Below, in pieces: positions 36,501 through 45,291 of a DNA stretch of 64,000 nucleotides; positions within the stretch are counted from its first letter, which is position 1; every line of letters begins with the position of its first letter. This stretch comes from a virus (taxonomy: Duplodnaviria; Heunggongvirae; Uroviricota; Caudoviricetes), in the IMG/VR virus record IMGVR_UViG_3300000176_000003, positions 1-64,000 of that record; one strand, 5' to 3'. The notes under the pieces were generated by a model, which had not been told where the DNA came from, did no database searches, and saw only the letters and a list, made by a program, of their open reading frames with translations. The translations under genes were made by a program, and so were the position numbers.

Positions 36501-37979
36501 TTCAAATATGACTCTCAATATTATCTTGGTCGTATTGATAAATTAATTATAAACTCTCTAGGAAGTTTCTTGGTTCAAGAAGGAATTTCCTCAGAAAATC
36601 CAATAAATAATTCAAACGGATCAATTACATCTATGGCTTTAGGGACAATTGTGGTTCCTGCATATCCATCTCTCTCTGTTTTAGATGCGCTAAATACTGG
36701 AAGAACTGACCACCAAGTAAAGGCAACGACATCACAAAATCGTCGTTACACAATGAAAGATATTGGAAAGATTGATTCTCGCGTAGCAAATCTAGAATAT
36801 TATGCAGCATTGAGTCTTCTTGAATCACAAACAACCGCACTTGCCATCAAATCTGGTGCAAATACTTTCATAAACAGATTTAAGAATGGTATTTTTGTTG
36901 ATCAGTACAACGATTTTACACTATTAAATACTACTGACCCAGAATTTAGTATTGCTTTAGATCCAGTAGAATCTGCCATTATTCCAAGATTTGACCAACG
37001 CAATATTAAATTAAAATTTGTATCACAAACTTCTTCTAATACAATAGTACAAACAAATAGTACCTTATCTTTAGCCTATTCAAATAATCTATTATTCTCA
37101 CAATCTTCAGCAACACAACAAAGAAATGTTGCAGAAAGTGTTTGGAATTGGCAAGGTGTTGCATATTGTTTCCCATCATATGACAGCTTTATTGATACTC
37201 GTGTTCAAATCCCCCCAACACCAATTGTCAATTATGTACCAAATACTACAACCCAAGTAGTACAAGTTGTAGAAAGTTCTACTGGAGTAGTAACCCCACC
37301 AGCAGCACCAACTCCAGTACCACAACCACAACCAAACCAAATTCAAGGGCGTTTAAAACTTGATTTTTATACTGGATATGAATCATCAACCCCATTAGCG
37401 CCTGGATCAGATACATATTATACTCCATATTCTGGATATTTCTTAGGTTCAGTATATACCAGTACTCCATTTTTTAATACAGCAGATACAGCATCATATT
37501 TTAATTCTCTATATAACACAGCCGTATCAATTCCACATAGTTGTGTATATACTGGTTGGATTGTATTTCCAACAACCGATACATATGCGATTAGTGGTTA
37601 TAGCGATGATGGAATGGAAGTGTATATTAATGGTCAACAAATGTTTGGTGGCAATGGTTGGAATCTAGGAAATGGATTGACTCCACCTAATGGCCATTCT
37701 GACCCAATCGGTCCAAGCAATTTTTCTGCAACTGCTGGAACATTCTATCCAATTACAATATATTACTTTAATGCAATTGCTTTAGGTCATATGAGTTTAT
37801 CTTGGAATGATAGTTCAAATCTTTATAGTGGAACAATTCCAATGTCTGCATTCTATTCCGATAATATAGCACTTCCAGCATTATCACAAGCAGATACAGT
37901 ACAATATCTATATAATACAGCACTAAGCGAACAATATGGACCAGATTATGCATATTATGCAGCTATGGGCTTAATTTAA
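33573..37979 (+). CDS. giant structural protein (1468 aa) with C-terminal PA14 carbohydrate-binding domain
   Basis: The C-terminus ...YTGWIVFPTTDTYAISGYSDDGMEVYINGQQMF...ATAGTFYPITIYYFNAIALGHMSLSWN fits the PA14 pattern (SDDG..L.I.G... Y.I.I.Y...G...L.LSW). Confidence 0.55.
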   Translation: MPLDTNLNVSPFFDDFYAANGAQNNNYHRILFRPSVAIQARELTQLQTILQNQVERFGDSIFVEGTIIKGCNFLYDNQYYYAKISDTRIDGEPTNPDQYVNTRVVCPASNLQAIVVNSVQGLQSQAPDLNTIFIKYINSGNGQSQFSPTDTLNFYTNTNPNDTASIVTAYSVTIVNNSISGNSSSPAVGTGYSFRVTDGIVFQKGFFIDVANSTSVVVSKYSNAPNNVVVGFDIQENIINELQDNSLYDNAAGFTNQNAPGAERLQLIPTLVVANTDALPSNNFFSLVEWQNGSIVRSSQQTEYSSLGRELARRTYEESGNYVVNPFSLSTESIVGNTTSLNLVTSSGLAYVDGYRVELLNNLRIPVRQGNDTRTVSNQTLSVSYGNYVLVQEFVGNFASNIGATISLRDTALQALTNNTFTPISAGSEIGQAKLLAVELISGIAGTYNAQYALYLGDITMNSGQNFASVKSIYYSGATSGAADTVLVGGLATLNETNFSSLVFDTTKIALKTLRNNSINNNQYIYRTISTGVTIANTGVMGSINKSGSEQFAYGSGSLDSIVKQNILVIPTTSANVVNTGISGTVTASNTAGNTQVVGSSTLFTTTYAIGDYINVNGQPRQVVSISNNTLLNVNAPFTGAQPTSNTHNKYYPAYVPIPIASRPTKVNIASSNSMTITLVSANGAQETLSSALTGTIVHYDVRVSSAPEISKKVNNNIVVLFDTAYNNPGSGTLSCNLTSNTVTGTNTFFQRDVYPGYTLKLANGSSVGTVNSVISNTSLTLSTSNAAIAATTNAYTYTAVNVSNTTGPWVLGVPDAYKINAVYKGITFANTLVSGVTDSTTLFSLDSGQRDAVYDLSTINLRPGSGGFVKSGDKISVVFNAFTSTTGTGHGYFSVDSYPIDDANTANTSAIQTIQIPRYTSTTGQILDLRDAIDFRPVVKNTAVYATTVATASINPQNTQTFSGSELYIATPNQLFKYDSQYYLGRIDKLIINSLGSFLVQEGISSENPINNSNGSITSMALGTIVVPAYPSLSVLDALNTGRTDHQVKATTSQNRRYTMKDIGKIDSRVANLEYYAALSLLESQTTALAIKSGANTFINRFKNGIFVDQYNDFTLLNTTDPEFSIALDPVESAIIPRFDQRNIKLKFVSQTSSNTIVQTNSTLSLAYSNNLLFSQSSATQQRNVAESVWNWQGVAYCFPSYDSFIDTRVQIPPTPIVNYVPNTTTQVVQVVESSTGVVTPPAAPTPVPQPQPNQIQGRLKLDFYTGYESSTPLAPGSDTYYTPYSGYFLGSVYTSTPFFNTADTASYFNSLYNTAVSIPHSCVYTGWIVFPTTDTYAISGYSDDGMEVYINGQQMFGGNGWNLGNGLTPPNGHSDPIGPSNFSATAGTFYPITIYYFNAIALGHMSLSWNDSSNLYSGTIPMSAFYSDNIALPALSQADTVQYLYNTALSEQYGPDYAYYAAMGLI

Positions 37980-38002
37980 TTAATTAATAAGAAAGAAAAT
38001 AT

Positions 38003-40495
38003 ATGACAGACATGATCTCAACCTTTACTGGAGTTGGTAACTTTGTTACTGATAGTAGAACTCTAGCATTTATTAGAGAACAGGCTATTGGTATATATGC
38101 TAATGGACTAAAACCTAATAGTGTGGTACATGTTTATTTTGATAATAAAAATGTAGATGCATTTGTTCGTCCTGCTGGGTTTGATCCTACTACATCGAAC
38201 CCAACAATTGATTCATTCAATCCTACTGGAACTGTAGGATCTACATTAATTACTAATTCTATCGGCTCTGTTGCTGGCATATTTTATATCCCACCAGGAA
38301 AATTTTTCACAGGAGATAGACAAATAGTAATTTCAGATGCACCTAGCATCTCATCTTTATCTTCTTCTTCTACCACAAATGCAACTACATTTTTTCATGC
38401 ATTTAATTATCCGTTGGTAACATCTGATCAATCAATTGTATCACCACGTCCCGCAGATGCTCCAGTATCAGTAACGTCAAATCGTGGTAGCGGAACTTCC
38501 GCTACGGTTGATACTACTAGATTTGACCCATTATGTCAATCCTTTTATATTGGAACCGATATGGCAAATGGTCAAGATGGGGTATACCTAAGTTATATTA
38601 ATGTATATTTCCAAGCTAAAGACCTCAATCTTGGAGTATCCTTTGATATTAGAACTATGGAAAATGGCACACCAACAACAAAAATTGTTCCATTTTCTAA
38701 AACACATTTAACAGCAGCACAAGTTAATATTGATCCAAATGCATTACTAGCAACACAAATTGTATTTTCAAGTCCAGTATTTCTTCGCTCTGGTTATGAA
38801 TATGCTTTATCAATTATTCCAGATGGCGCATCTGCAAATTATGCAGTATGGACTGCAGTTGTGGGTGGGACTGATGTTGCAACAAACAATTCAGTTGTCA
38901 GAAATTGGGGACAAGGCGTATTATTTACATCATCTACAGGTTCTACATGGACACCAATTCAAAATGAATACTTGAAATTTGATGTCTATTCTGCACAATT
39001 TCAAGCATCAGGAAATGCAACTTTTGTAAATGCTGATTATGAATTCTTATCTGTAACAAATACTTCTGCATTTTTTACACAAGGAGAATGGGCATATCAG
39101 CAAACCGCAAATTCCACTGGCACAATTTCTATCAATACTACAAGTCAAATTGTTACTGGAACTGGAACATCATTCCAAACAACTTTGACTTCTGGTCAAT
39201 ATATCGCAGTAACTAATGGAAGCGTATCCGATGTTCTACTAGTACAAAGTGTTGCTAATAACACACAATTTACATCAGCAAATATTCCTGATTTTGCAAG
39301 CGCATCAGCAAGTTATCAACTGGCTCCATGCGGAAAAGTTGAATTGTTTGATGCAAATAAATCAGAACTATTCTTAATCAATTCTACGGCATCAAATTCT
39401 AATTTTTGTTTCATTGCAAATTCTATTATAATTGGTGCTCAAAGTAATGCCAATACTAAAATTGTGGCTGTAAAAGATAAAGTTATTAATAGATTCCAAC
39501 CACAAATTTATACATCTTCTGTTCACGGTTCAGAAATTGTAATGGCTGTTTCTGGTGTAACTTCAAATTATACCTCTATTCAAGCAACATCATATGATTT
39601 GGGGTCTACTAATATTGTTCTAGGAAATGAACAAATTGTTGCATCAAAAACAAATGAAATTTTGAATAATAGTGGAAATAAATCTTTAAATGTAAATTTA
39701 AATCTTTCTTCAAATTCATCAACTATTTCACCTATAGTTGATTTGCAATCTACATCTTTAATTGCCTATAAGAACAAGATCAACAAATCTACAAACAAAG
39801 AAAATACAAAAAGCGGAGAATCTTGGTCAAAAGCAATTACACAAACTATTACTTTGGCTGAAGGCCAAGATGCAGAAGATATTGTTGTATATATTAATGC
39901 ATATAGACCAGTTGGCTCTGATATTAAAATTTATGCAAAGATTCAAAGTTCATTGGATACAAATACATTCGATTCTAAAGATTGGTCGGAATTGGACAAG
40001 GCAAATACAACAGCAACAGCATTTTCAGACCCAACCAACATTTATGATTATATTGAATATAGTTATACATTTAAAGCATCTCCACCATCATATCTATTAA
40101 GTGGGGTTTTAACAACCAATACAACTAATAATTATATAACTGGAGTAGGCACTAATTTTGTTACCGACGCCCCAGTAAATAGTATTATTAAAATTTGGTC
40201 AGATTCTACAAAAACATCATTCCAAATTGGAAGCGTAACTTCAGTAACAAATAGTACAGCATTAACAATCGATAATATTGGATTATCTAATAGTTCTGTT
40301 GCCACATACGAATTTGTTACCCAACCAAAAACTGCTTTCCACAATCCAAGCACAGGTATCGTAAGATATTATGGCTCGGGCGGAAGTCCATATGATAGTT
40401 ACAGAACATTTGCTATCAAAACTGTATTGACCTCAAATTCATCATATCAGGTCCCTCGTGTAATGGATATTAGAGTCATTGCGATGTCTGTATAA
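38003..40495 (+). CDS. large baseplate/structural protein
   Basis: 830 aa, Ser/Thr/Asn-rich. No specific motif recognised. Confidence 0.5.
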   Translation: MTDMISTFTGVGNFVTDSRTLAFIREQAIGIYANGLKPNSVVHVYFDNKNVDAFVRPAGFDPTTSNPTIDSFNPTGTVGSTLITNSIGSVAGIFYIPPGKFFTGDRQIVISDAPSISSLSSSSTTNATTFFHAFNYPLVTSDQSIVSPRPADAPVSVTSNRGSGTSATVDTTRFDPLCQSFYIGTDMANGQDGVYLSYINVYFQAKDLNLGVSFDIRTMENGTPTTKIVPFSKTHLTAAQVNIDPNALLATQIVFSSPVFLRSGYEYALSIIPDGASANYAVWTAVVGGTDVATNNSVVRNWGQGVLFTSSTGSTWTPIQNEYLKFDVYSAQFQASGNATFVNADYEFLSVTNTSAFFTQGEWAYQQTANSTGTISINTTSQIVTGTGTSFQTTLTSGQYIAVTNGSVSDVLLVQSVANNTQFTSANIPDFASASASYQLAPCGKVELFDANKSELFLINSTASNSNFCFIANSIIIGAQSNANTKIVAVKDKVINRFQPQIYTSSVHGSEIVMAVSGVTSNYTSIQATSYDLGSTNIVLGNEQIVASKTNEILNNSGNKSLNVNLNLSSNSSTISPIVDLQSTSLIAYKNKINKSTNKENTKSGESWSKAITQTITLAEGQDAEDIVVYINAYRPVGSDIKIYAKIQSSLDTNTFDSKDWSELDKANTTATAFSDPTNIYDYIEYSYTFKASPPSYLLSGVLTTNTTNNYITGVGTNFVTDAPVNSIIKIWSDSTKTSFQIGSVTSVTNSTALTIDNIGLSNSSVATYEFVTQPKTAFHNPSTGIVRYYGSGGSPYDSYRTFAIKTVLTSNSSYQVPRVMDIRVIAMSV

Positions 40496-40710
40496 TGAAA
40501 TATGCAAAAACTGATAAACAAGATTTAGTCAAAGACCTTACTACTGGAGCAATTTTAAATATTAATAATGAAGAATATGAAGCATATAAAGCACACCGAG
40601 ATAAAATGGTACATGCGTTTAAGGCTTCAGATGAACTTGATGAATTAAAAATTAAATTTTCCAAGTTAGAAAAGATTTTAGAAAGTATCATAAATACTAA
40701 AGGTTCTTAG
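40495..40710 (+). CDS. small hypothetical protein
   Basis: 71 aa, TAATG-coupled. Confidence 0.4.
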   Translation: MKYAKTDKQDLVKDLTTGAILNINNEEYEAYKAHRDKMVHAFKASDELDELKIKFSKLEKILESIINTKGS

Positions 40711-40724
40711 GAAAGTAAAAGTTA

Positions 40725-43700
40725 ATGGCAATAAATACAGCTAATATTCAACCACAATTTGACACTTTTGCTGGTTGGATCACAAAAACAAATATTATAG
40801 CATATGATATGTCAACTATTGTAGTAACAACAGATACTACAACAAATGGGGCTATTACTACAGGCAATGCTTATGTAAATGGTATTTTTAGTGCTAATAC
40901 CTTCACTGTATTAAATGATATACGAGGTGGTAATGGATCAACTCCAGCGACCTTAACCATTTCGTCAAATGTAGCAATGTCAAATGCCTTGGGTATTTCT
41001 ATCGGAAATTCTTCAATCAATACGACGATTTCTTCCTCCAATTTAAATACAACCTCAGTATTTGCAAATACAGCATCAATAATTTCTACTTTAACAGTAG
41101 GATCAAATGTTGGTTTAACTACAACTACAGTATTCGTAGGCAATTCTACAACCAACTCATTTATTAATTCTACGGCATTTTCATCAAATTCGTTTATTGC
41201 AAATTCAGCATTAACAGTAGGATCAAATGTTGGTTTAACTACAACTACAGTATTCGTAGGCAATTCCACAACAAATACAATTATCAATTCAACTTCAGTT
41301 ACTACTAATGCTGTAGTTGCTAATGCTTCTGTGAGTGTCGGCGCTAATGTTGGTTTAACTCCATCTACAATATTTGTAGGTAATGCCACAATTAATACTA
41401 TTGTAAATGCTACATCATTCTCTGGCACAGCCAATAATACAACAAACTTTGCTGGATTATCTTCTTCGACCTGGGCTGGATATATTACAGGTAATGCTGC
41501 TAGTGCATACTCTAATGCTGTTACTAATGCTGCATTTATGGCTGGTCAAGCTTATTCTAATGCTGTCGCCAATGCTGCTGCCATTTACCAAACTACTGCA
41601 GGATTAGCCGCCAACGTATTAACATTAGCCTCAAACTCAACAACATATCATGGAAATTCTTCTGGTACATTAGCAAATGTTGCATCTTGGATTACCGGTA
41701 ATGCTGCTAGTGCAGCAGCAACAGCATATTCTAATGCGATAGCTATTGCAGCAAATGCAAGCAATATAACAAATGGAACAATTCCTACAGCAAGATTACC
41801 AGCAACAATTAATGCAACAGCCCAACTTAACGTTGGCGGAAATGTAAATATTAACACCACAGGAATCAGCATTTCAACTGGAGGATCTATTACACTAATA
41901 GATCCGTCAAACGTTTCCAATTTTACAACCATTAGTGCTGGTGGTCTAACCTTACCGGCTGGAAGTAATAGTGCAGTTACATCATTTAATGGTAGAGCAG
42001 GAATTGTAGTATTAACTTCATCTGATATTGTGGGTAATACTACAGTCGGTTTAAATTACACACCGTTATCGGCAAACTCTTCTGGCACAATTAATGGATC
42101 ATTAACTCTAACAGGAAGCGATCTTCTAGCCAGAAGTGTTGTTGCTAATGGGCAATGTATTGTGGGAAATACCACAACAAATACAACAATTACAGCCACT
42201 TTATTCAGTTTAGGAAATAGTACAGCTAATGTAACTATTAACTCTACAGCATTTTCTGGCACATCCAACAACTCATTAAATCTTGGCGGATCTTCTTTAT
42301 CAACTATACAAAGCCAAATTACTGGAAACTCAGCCACTGCTTATTCTAACGCAACATCTTATGCTGACACAAAATCTTCTGCGGCTTATTCTAACGCAAC
42401 ATCTTATGCTGACACAAAATCTTCTGCGGCTTATTCTAACGCAACATCTTATGCTGACACAAAATCTTCTGCGGCTTATTCTAATGCTGTTGCTAATGCT
42501 GCAGCACTATATCAAACTACTGCAGGATTAAGTGCTAACGTATTAACACTTTCAGCTAATATGGCTACTTATCATGGAAACTCTTCTGGTACATTAGCAA
42601 ATGTTGCATCTTGGATTAGCGGTAATGCTGCTAGTGCCTATGCAAATGCTGTCGCCAATTCTGCTGCGATTTATCAAACTACTGCAGGATTGTCTGCAAA
42701 CGTAGCAACATTAACAGCAAACAATTCTACCAATCTAAATGGTCAACCAGCGTCATATTATACTAATGCTACCAATATTTCAACAGGAAAATTGCCTGTT
42801 GCACAAATTAATACAACTGCACAATATACATATACAAATACATTCACCGTCAATGCCGTACTAATTACAGCCAATAGCACAGGAACAGTAGGGTATTTTG
42901 GAGCTAATGGTAATGTTGGTGTAGGAACAAGTTCTCCAGCTTATACACTAGATGTAGCAGGAAATTTACATAGTACTGGTATTGCTCAATTTGATTCCAA
43001 TTTAACCGTTTCTGGATCATTAGTTGTTAGTGGAAATCTAACAATAGCTGGATCTACTACCTACGTAAACACATCAGTAATCAGCACATCAGATAAAGCA
43101 ATTTATCTTTCTGCAAATTCAATAAGTGCAGCTATATCAGATGGTTCAGGAATTGTCGCAACATCTGCATCATCTTTACTATTTAACAATGCAACAACAT
43201 CTTGGCAGTCAAATGTTGCAATTACACCATTAGCAAATAATGCTTTAAATTTGGGTGGTCCATCCAACTATTGGGCTAATGTTTATGCTAACCAAATTTA
43301 CGGCACTTTAGTAACTACATCTCAACCAAATATTACAGCAAATAATTCTACAAATTTCAATAGCCAACCAGCATCATATTATACTAATGCCACCAATATT
43401 TCAACAGGAACTGTTCCTACAGCAAGACTTGGTTCTGGTACAGCCAACTCAACTACCATTCATGTAGGAAATAGTAGTTGGGCTACTATTCCAACTGTTC
43501 TTGGATATACTCCATATAATGCAACAAATCCATCTGGATATATTACTTCATCAGCGTTGAGTCCATATGCATTATTAAGCGGTGCAACATTTACCGGAGA
43601 TATTACAAGCTATCGTTCGGGTTCTCCAACTACAGGCTTAATATATCTTGGTAATAATTCTGGTAATACATATTTGTGGTATGATGGAGCAAATTTTAGA

Positions 43701-44039
43701 TTAAACGGTGGACCATTATTGGTAGCTAGTAGTATTACAGCTACTGGTGACGTAACAGCATTCTCAGATTCTAGATTGAAGACAGATTTACAAAAGATTG
43801 AAAATGCATTAGATAAAGTAGATCAATTAACTGGTTATACCTTTAATCGTAATGATACAGATTCAAATAAACGATCAACGGGCCTTATTGCTCAAGATGT
43901 GCAAAAAGTACTTCCAGAAGCAGTTATCGAAGGCGATGAATATTTGTCTCTAGCATATGGCAACCTTGTCGGTCTTCTGGTAGAAGCCATTAAAGAACTA
44001 AAAGATCAGGTTGAAGAAATTAAGGCTAAGTTAGCTTAA
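40725..44039 (+). CDS. tail fibre protein with C-terminal peptidase-S74 intramolecular chaperone domain
   Basis: The C-terminus SDSRLKTDLQKIENALDKV..GYTFNRND..GLIAQDVQKVLPEAV..LSLAYGNLVGLLVEAIKEL matches the endosialidase-type autoproteolytic chaperone domain. The body contains many ITGNAASAYSNAVANAAA/YQTTAGLSANV repeats. Confidence 0.7.
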   Translation: MAINTANIQPQFDTFAGWITKTNIIAYDMSTIVVTTDTTTNGAITTGNAYVNGIFSANTFTVLNDIRGGNGSTPATLTISSNVAMSNALGISIGNSSINTTISSSNLNTTSVFANTASIISTLTVGSNVGLTTTTVFVGNSTTNSFINSTAFSSNSFIANSALTVGSNVGLTTTTVFVGNSTTNTIINSTSVTTNAVVANASVSVGANVGLTPSTIFVGNATINTIVNATSFSGTANNTTNFAGLSSSTWAGYITGNAASAYSNAVTNAAFMAGQAYSNAVANAAAIYQTTAGLAANVLTLASNSTTYHGNSSGTLANVASWITGNAASAAATAYSNAIAIAANASNITNGTIPTARLPATINATAQLNVGGNVNINTTGISISTGGSITLIDPSNVSNFTTISAGGLTLPAGSNSAVTSFNGRAGIVVLTSSDIVGNTTVGLNYTPLSANSSGTINGSLTLTGSDLLARSVVANGQCIVGNTTTNTTITATLFSLGNSTANVTINSTAFSGTSNNSLNLGGSSLSTIQSQITGNSATAYSNATSYADTKSSAAYSNATSYADTKSSAAYSNATSYADTKSSAAYSNAVANAAALYQTTAGLSANVLTLSANMATYHGNSSGTLANVASWISGNAASAYANAVANSAAIYQTTAGLSANVATLTANNSTNLNGQPASYYTNATNISTGKLPVAQINTTAQYTYTNTFTVNAVLITANSTGTVGYFGANGNVGVGTSSPAYTLDVAGNLHSTGIAQFDSNLTVSGSLVVSGNLTIAGSTTYVNTSVISTSDKAIYLSANSISAAISDGSGIVATSASSLLFNNATTSWQSNVAITPLANNALNLGGPSNYWANVYANQIYGTLVTTSQPNITANNSTNFNSQPASYYTNATNISTGTVPTARLGSGTANSTTIHVGNSSWATIPTVLGYTPYNATNPSGYITSSALSPYALLSGATFTGDITSYRSGSPTTGLIYLGNNSGNTYLWYDGANFRLNGGPLLVASSITATGDVTAFSDSRLKTDLQKIENALDKVDQLTGYTFNRNDTDSNKRSTGLIAQDVQKVLPEAVIEGDEYLSLAYGNLVGLLVEAIKELKDQVEEIKAKLA
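42339..42490 (+). repeat. three perfect tandem 45-bp coding repeats (SNATSYADTKSSAAY x3)
   Basis: gcttattctaacgcaacatcttatgctgacacaaaatcttctgcg is repeated exactly 3 times, followed by a partial copy. Confidence 0.85.
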
Positions 44040-44545
44040 TGACTTTACCTACTTCTGGAGCATTATCATTATCTCAGATTCAAGGTGAGTTTGGTGGATC
44101 AAATCCAATCTCATTATCTGAATATTATGCTGGGGGATCATTCGTGCCTTCAGGTACTTCGGGTACTAATGGATCAGTTCCATCTTCGGGTGCAATAGAT
44201 ATTAATATATTTTATGGGACTAGTGCTTATATAGCCATTTCTTCAGTTGATATTGGTACTGATCAAGAAAATGATACCCTATCAAATGTTGGAGAATTGA
44301 GTTCTGCTGCTACCGTTACTGGTGGTACTCCTGCTTCGTATACCTATACTTGGAATTATACACAGTTTAATGGTAGTTATCCAGTTCTATCTGCTACTGG
44401 TGCAAATACATCAGCATTCGATCTCAAAATATTATTTGATAATACTGACGAAGTATCTCAATGGCATGTCAATTGTACTGTAAGTGATGGTAGATCATCA
44501 TTGACAAGTTCTACAGTCGTATGGACTTATCAAACAGTATATTAA
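44039..44545 (+). CDS. hypothetical structural protein
   Basis: 168 aa, ATG overlapping the fibre gene stop. Confidence 0.4.
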   Translation: MTLPTSGALSLSQIQGEFGGSNPISLSEYYAGGSFVPSGTSGTNGSVPSSGAIDINIFYGTSAYIAISSVDIGTDQENDTLSNVGELSSAATVTGGTPASYTYTWNYTQFNGSYPVLSATGANTSAFDLKILFDNTDEVSQWHVNCTVSDGRSSLTSSTVVWTYQTVY

Positions 44546-44630
44546 TATAATCTTGTTACTAACATTATACTGCTATAAAAAATGGTGTCAAGAGAAAAAA
44601 ACATAAATACTCCATATAAAGGAGTAAAAT

Positions 44631-44993
44631 ATGGCGGCTAAGGCAAATATCATTGTTGATCAAGGTTCTACATTTACAACATATCTGTCTCTATCAGATA
44701 CAGATGGTAATATCTTAGACCTTACTGGATATACTACATATGGACAAATCCGTAAGTGGTATACCTCAACTTCATATGTTACATTAAATCTATCAATTAC
44801 AAACCCAACTCAAGGAAACATTTCTTTGGTGCTTGATGCTAATACTACGGCATCTATGAGTCCAGGAAAGTATGTCTATGATATCGATACCATAGACAGT
44901 TTTGGTACGATTACCCGAGTTATTGAAGGCATTCTTACTGTAACTCCAACAGTAACTCAATTAGCAAATACTACATATTCTATGGGGTTATAA
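44631..44993 (+). CDS. small beta-sandwich-like structural protein
   Basis: 120 aa, Thr/Ser-rich. RBS AAAGGAGTAAAATATG. Confidence 0.4.
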   Translation: MAAKANIIVDQGSTFTTYLSLSDTDGNILDLTGYTTYGQIRKWYTSTSYVTLNLSITNPTQGNISLVLDANTTASMSPGKYVYDIDTIDSFGTITRVIEGILTVTPTVTQLANTTYSMGL

Positions 44994-44996
44994 GAC

Positions 44997-45233
44997 ATGG
45001 CCATAAATGCTGTAGTAAAACAAAATTTAAATTTTGCCAAAGTTTCATTTGCTCAGCAATCAAACCCTATTGTCTTAAAAAATCAGGTTCCTCAAGCAGC
45101 ACTGCATGGAACTATCAAAACCTTGACAGACGTTGTTCTTGATAATCCTATAAATAATAGTGTTCTAATTTATAATTCAACTGACGAAAATTTCCATTTA
45201 GACCAACTTCAGTTAGATTGTGGTACTTTTTAA
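44997..45233 (+). CDS. small hypothetical protein
   Basis: 78-aa ORF. Confidence 0.35.
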   Translation: MAINAVVKQNLNFAKVSFAQQSNPIVLKNQVPQAALHGTIKTLTDVVLDNPINNSVLIYNSTDENFHLDQLQLDCGTF

Positions 45234-45242
45234 AATAAATAT

Positions 45243-45250
45243 ATAAATTC
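45243..45250 (+). promoter_or_regulatory. possible late promoter TATAAATT (7/8 match)
   Basis: aaataTATAAATTcac lies about 42 nt upstream of ATG 45292. Confidence 0.3.
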
Positions 45251-45291
45251 ACACCAAACCCTCAGTATATACTGAATAATAGGGGAGCCAT

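Noticed and set aside
40871-42531. Several minus-strand and alternate-frame ORFs inside the fibre gene
   Set aside because: Repetitive Ala/Thr/Asn-rich fibre coding sequence gives long open antisense frames. There is no independent evidence for them.
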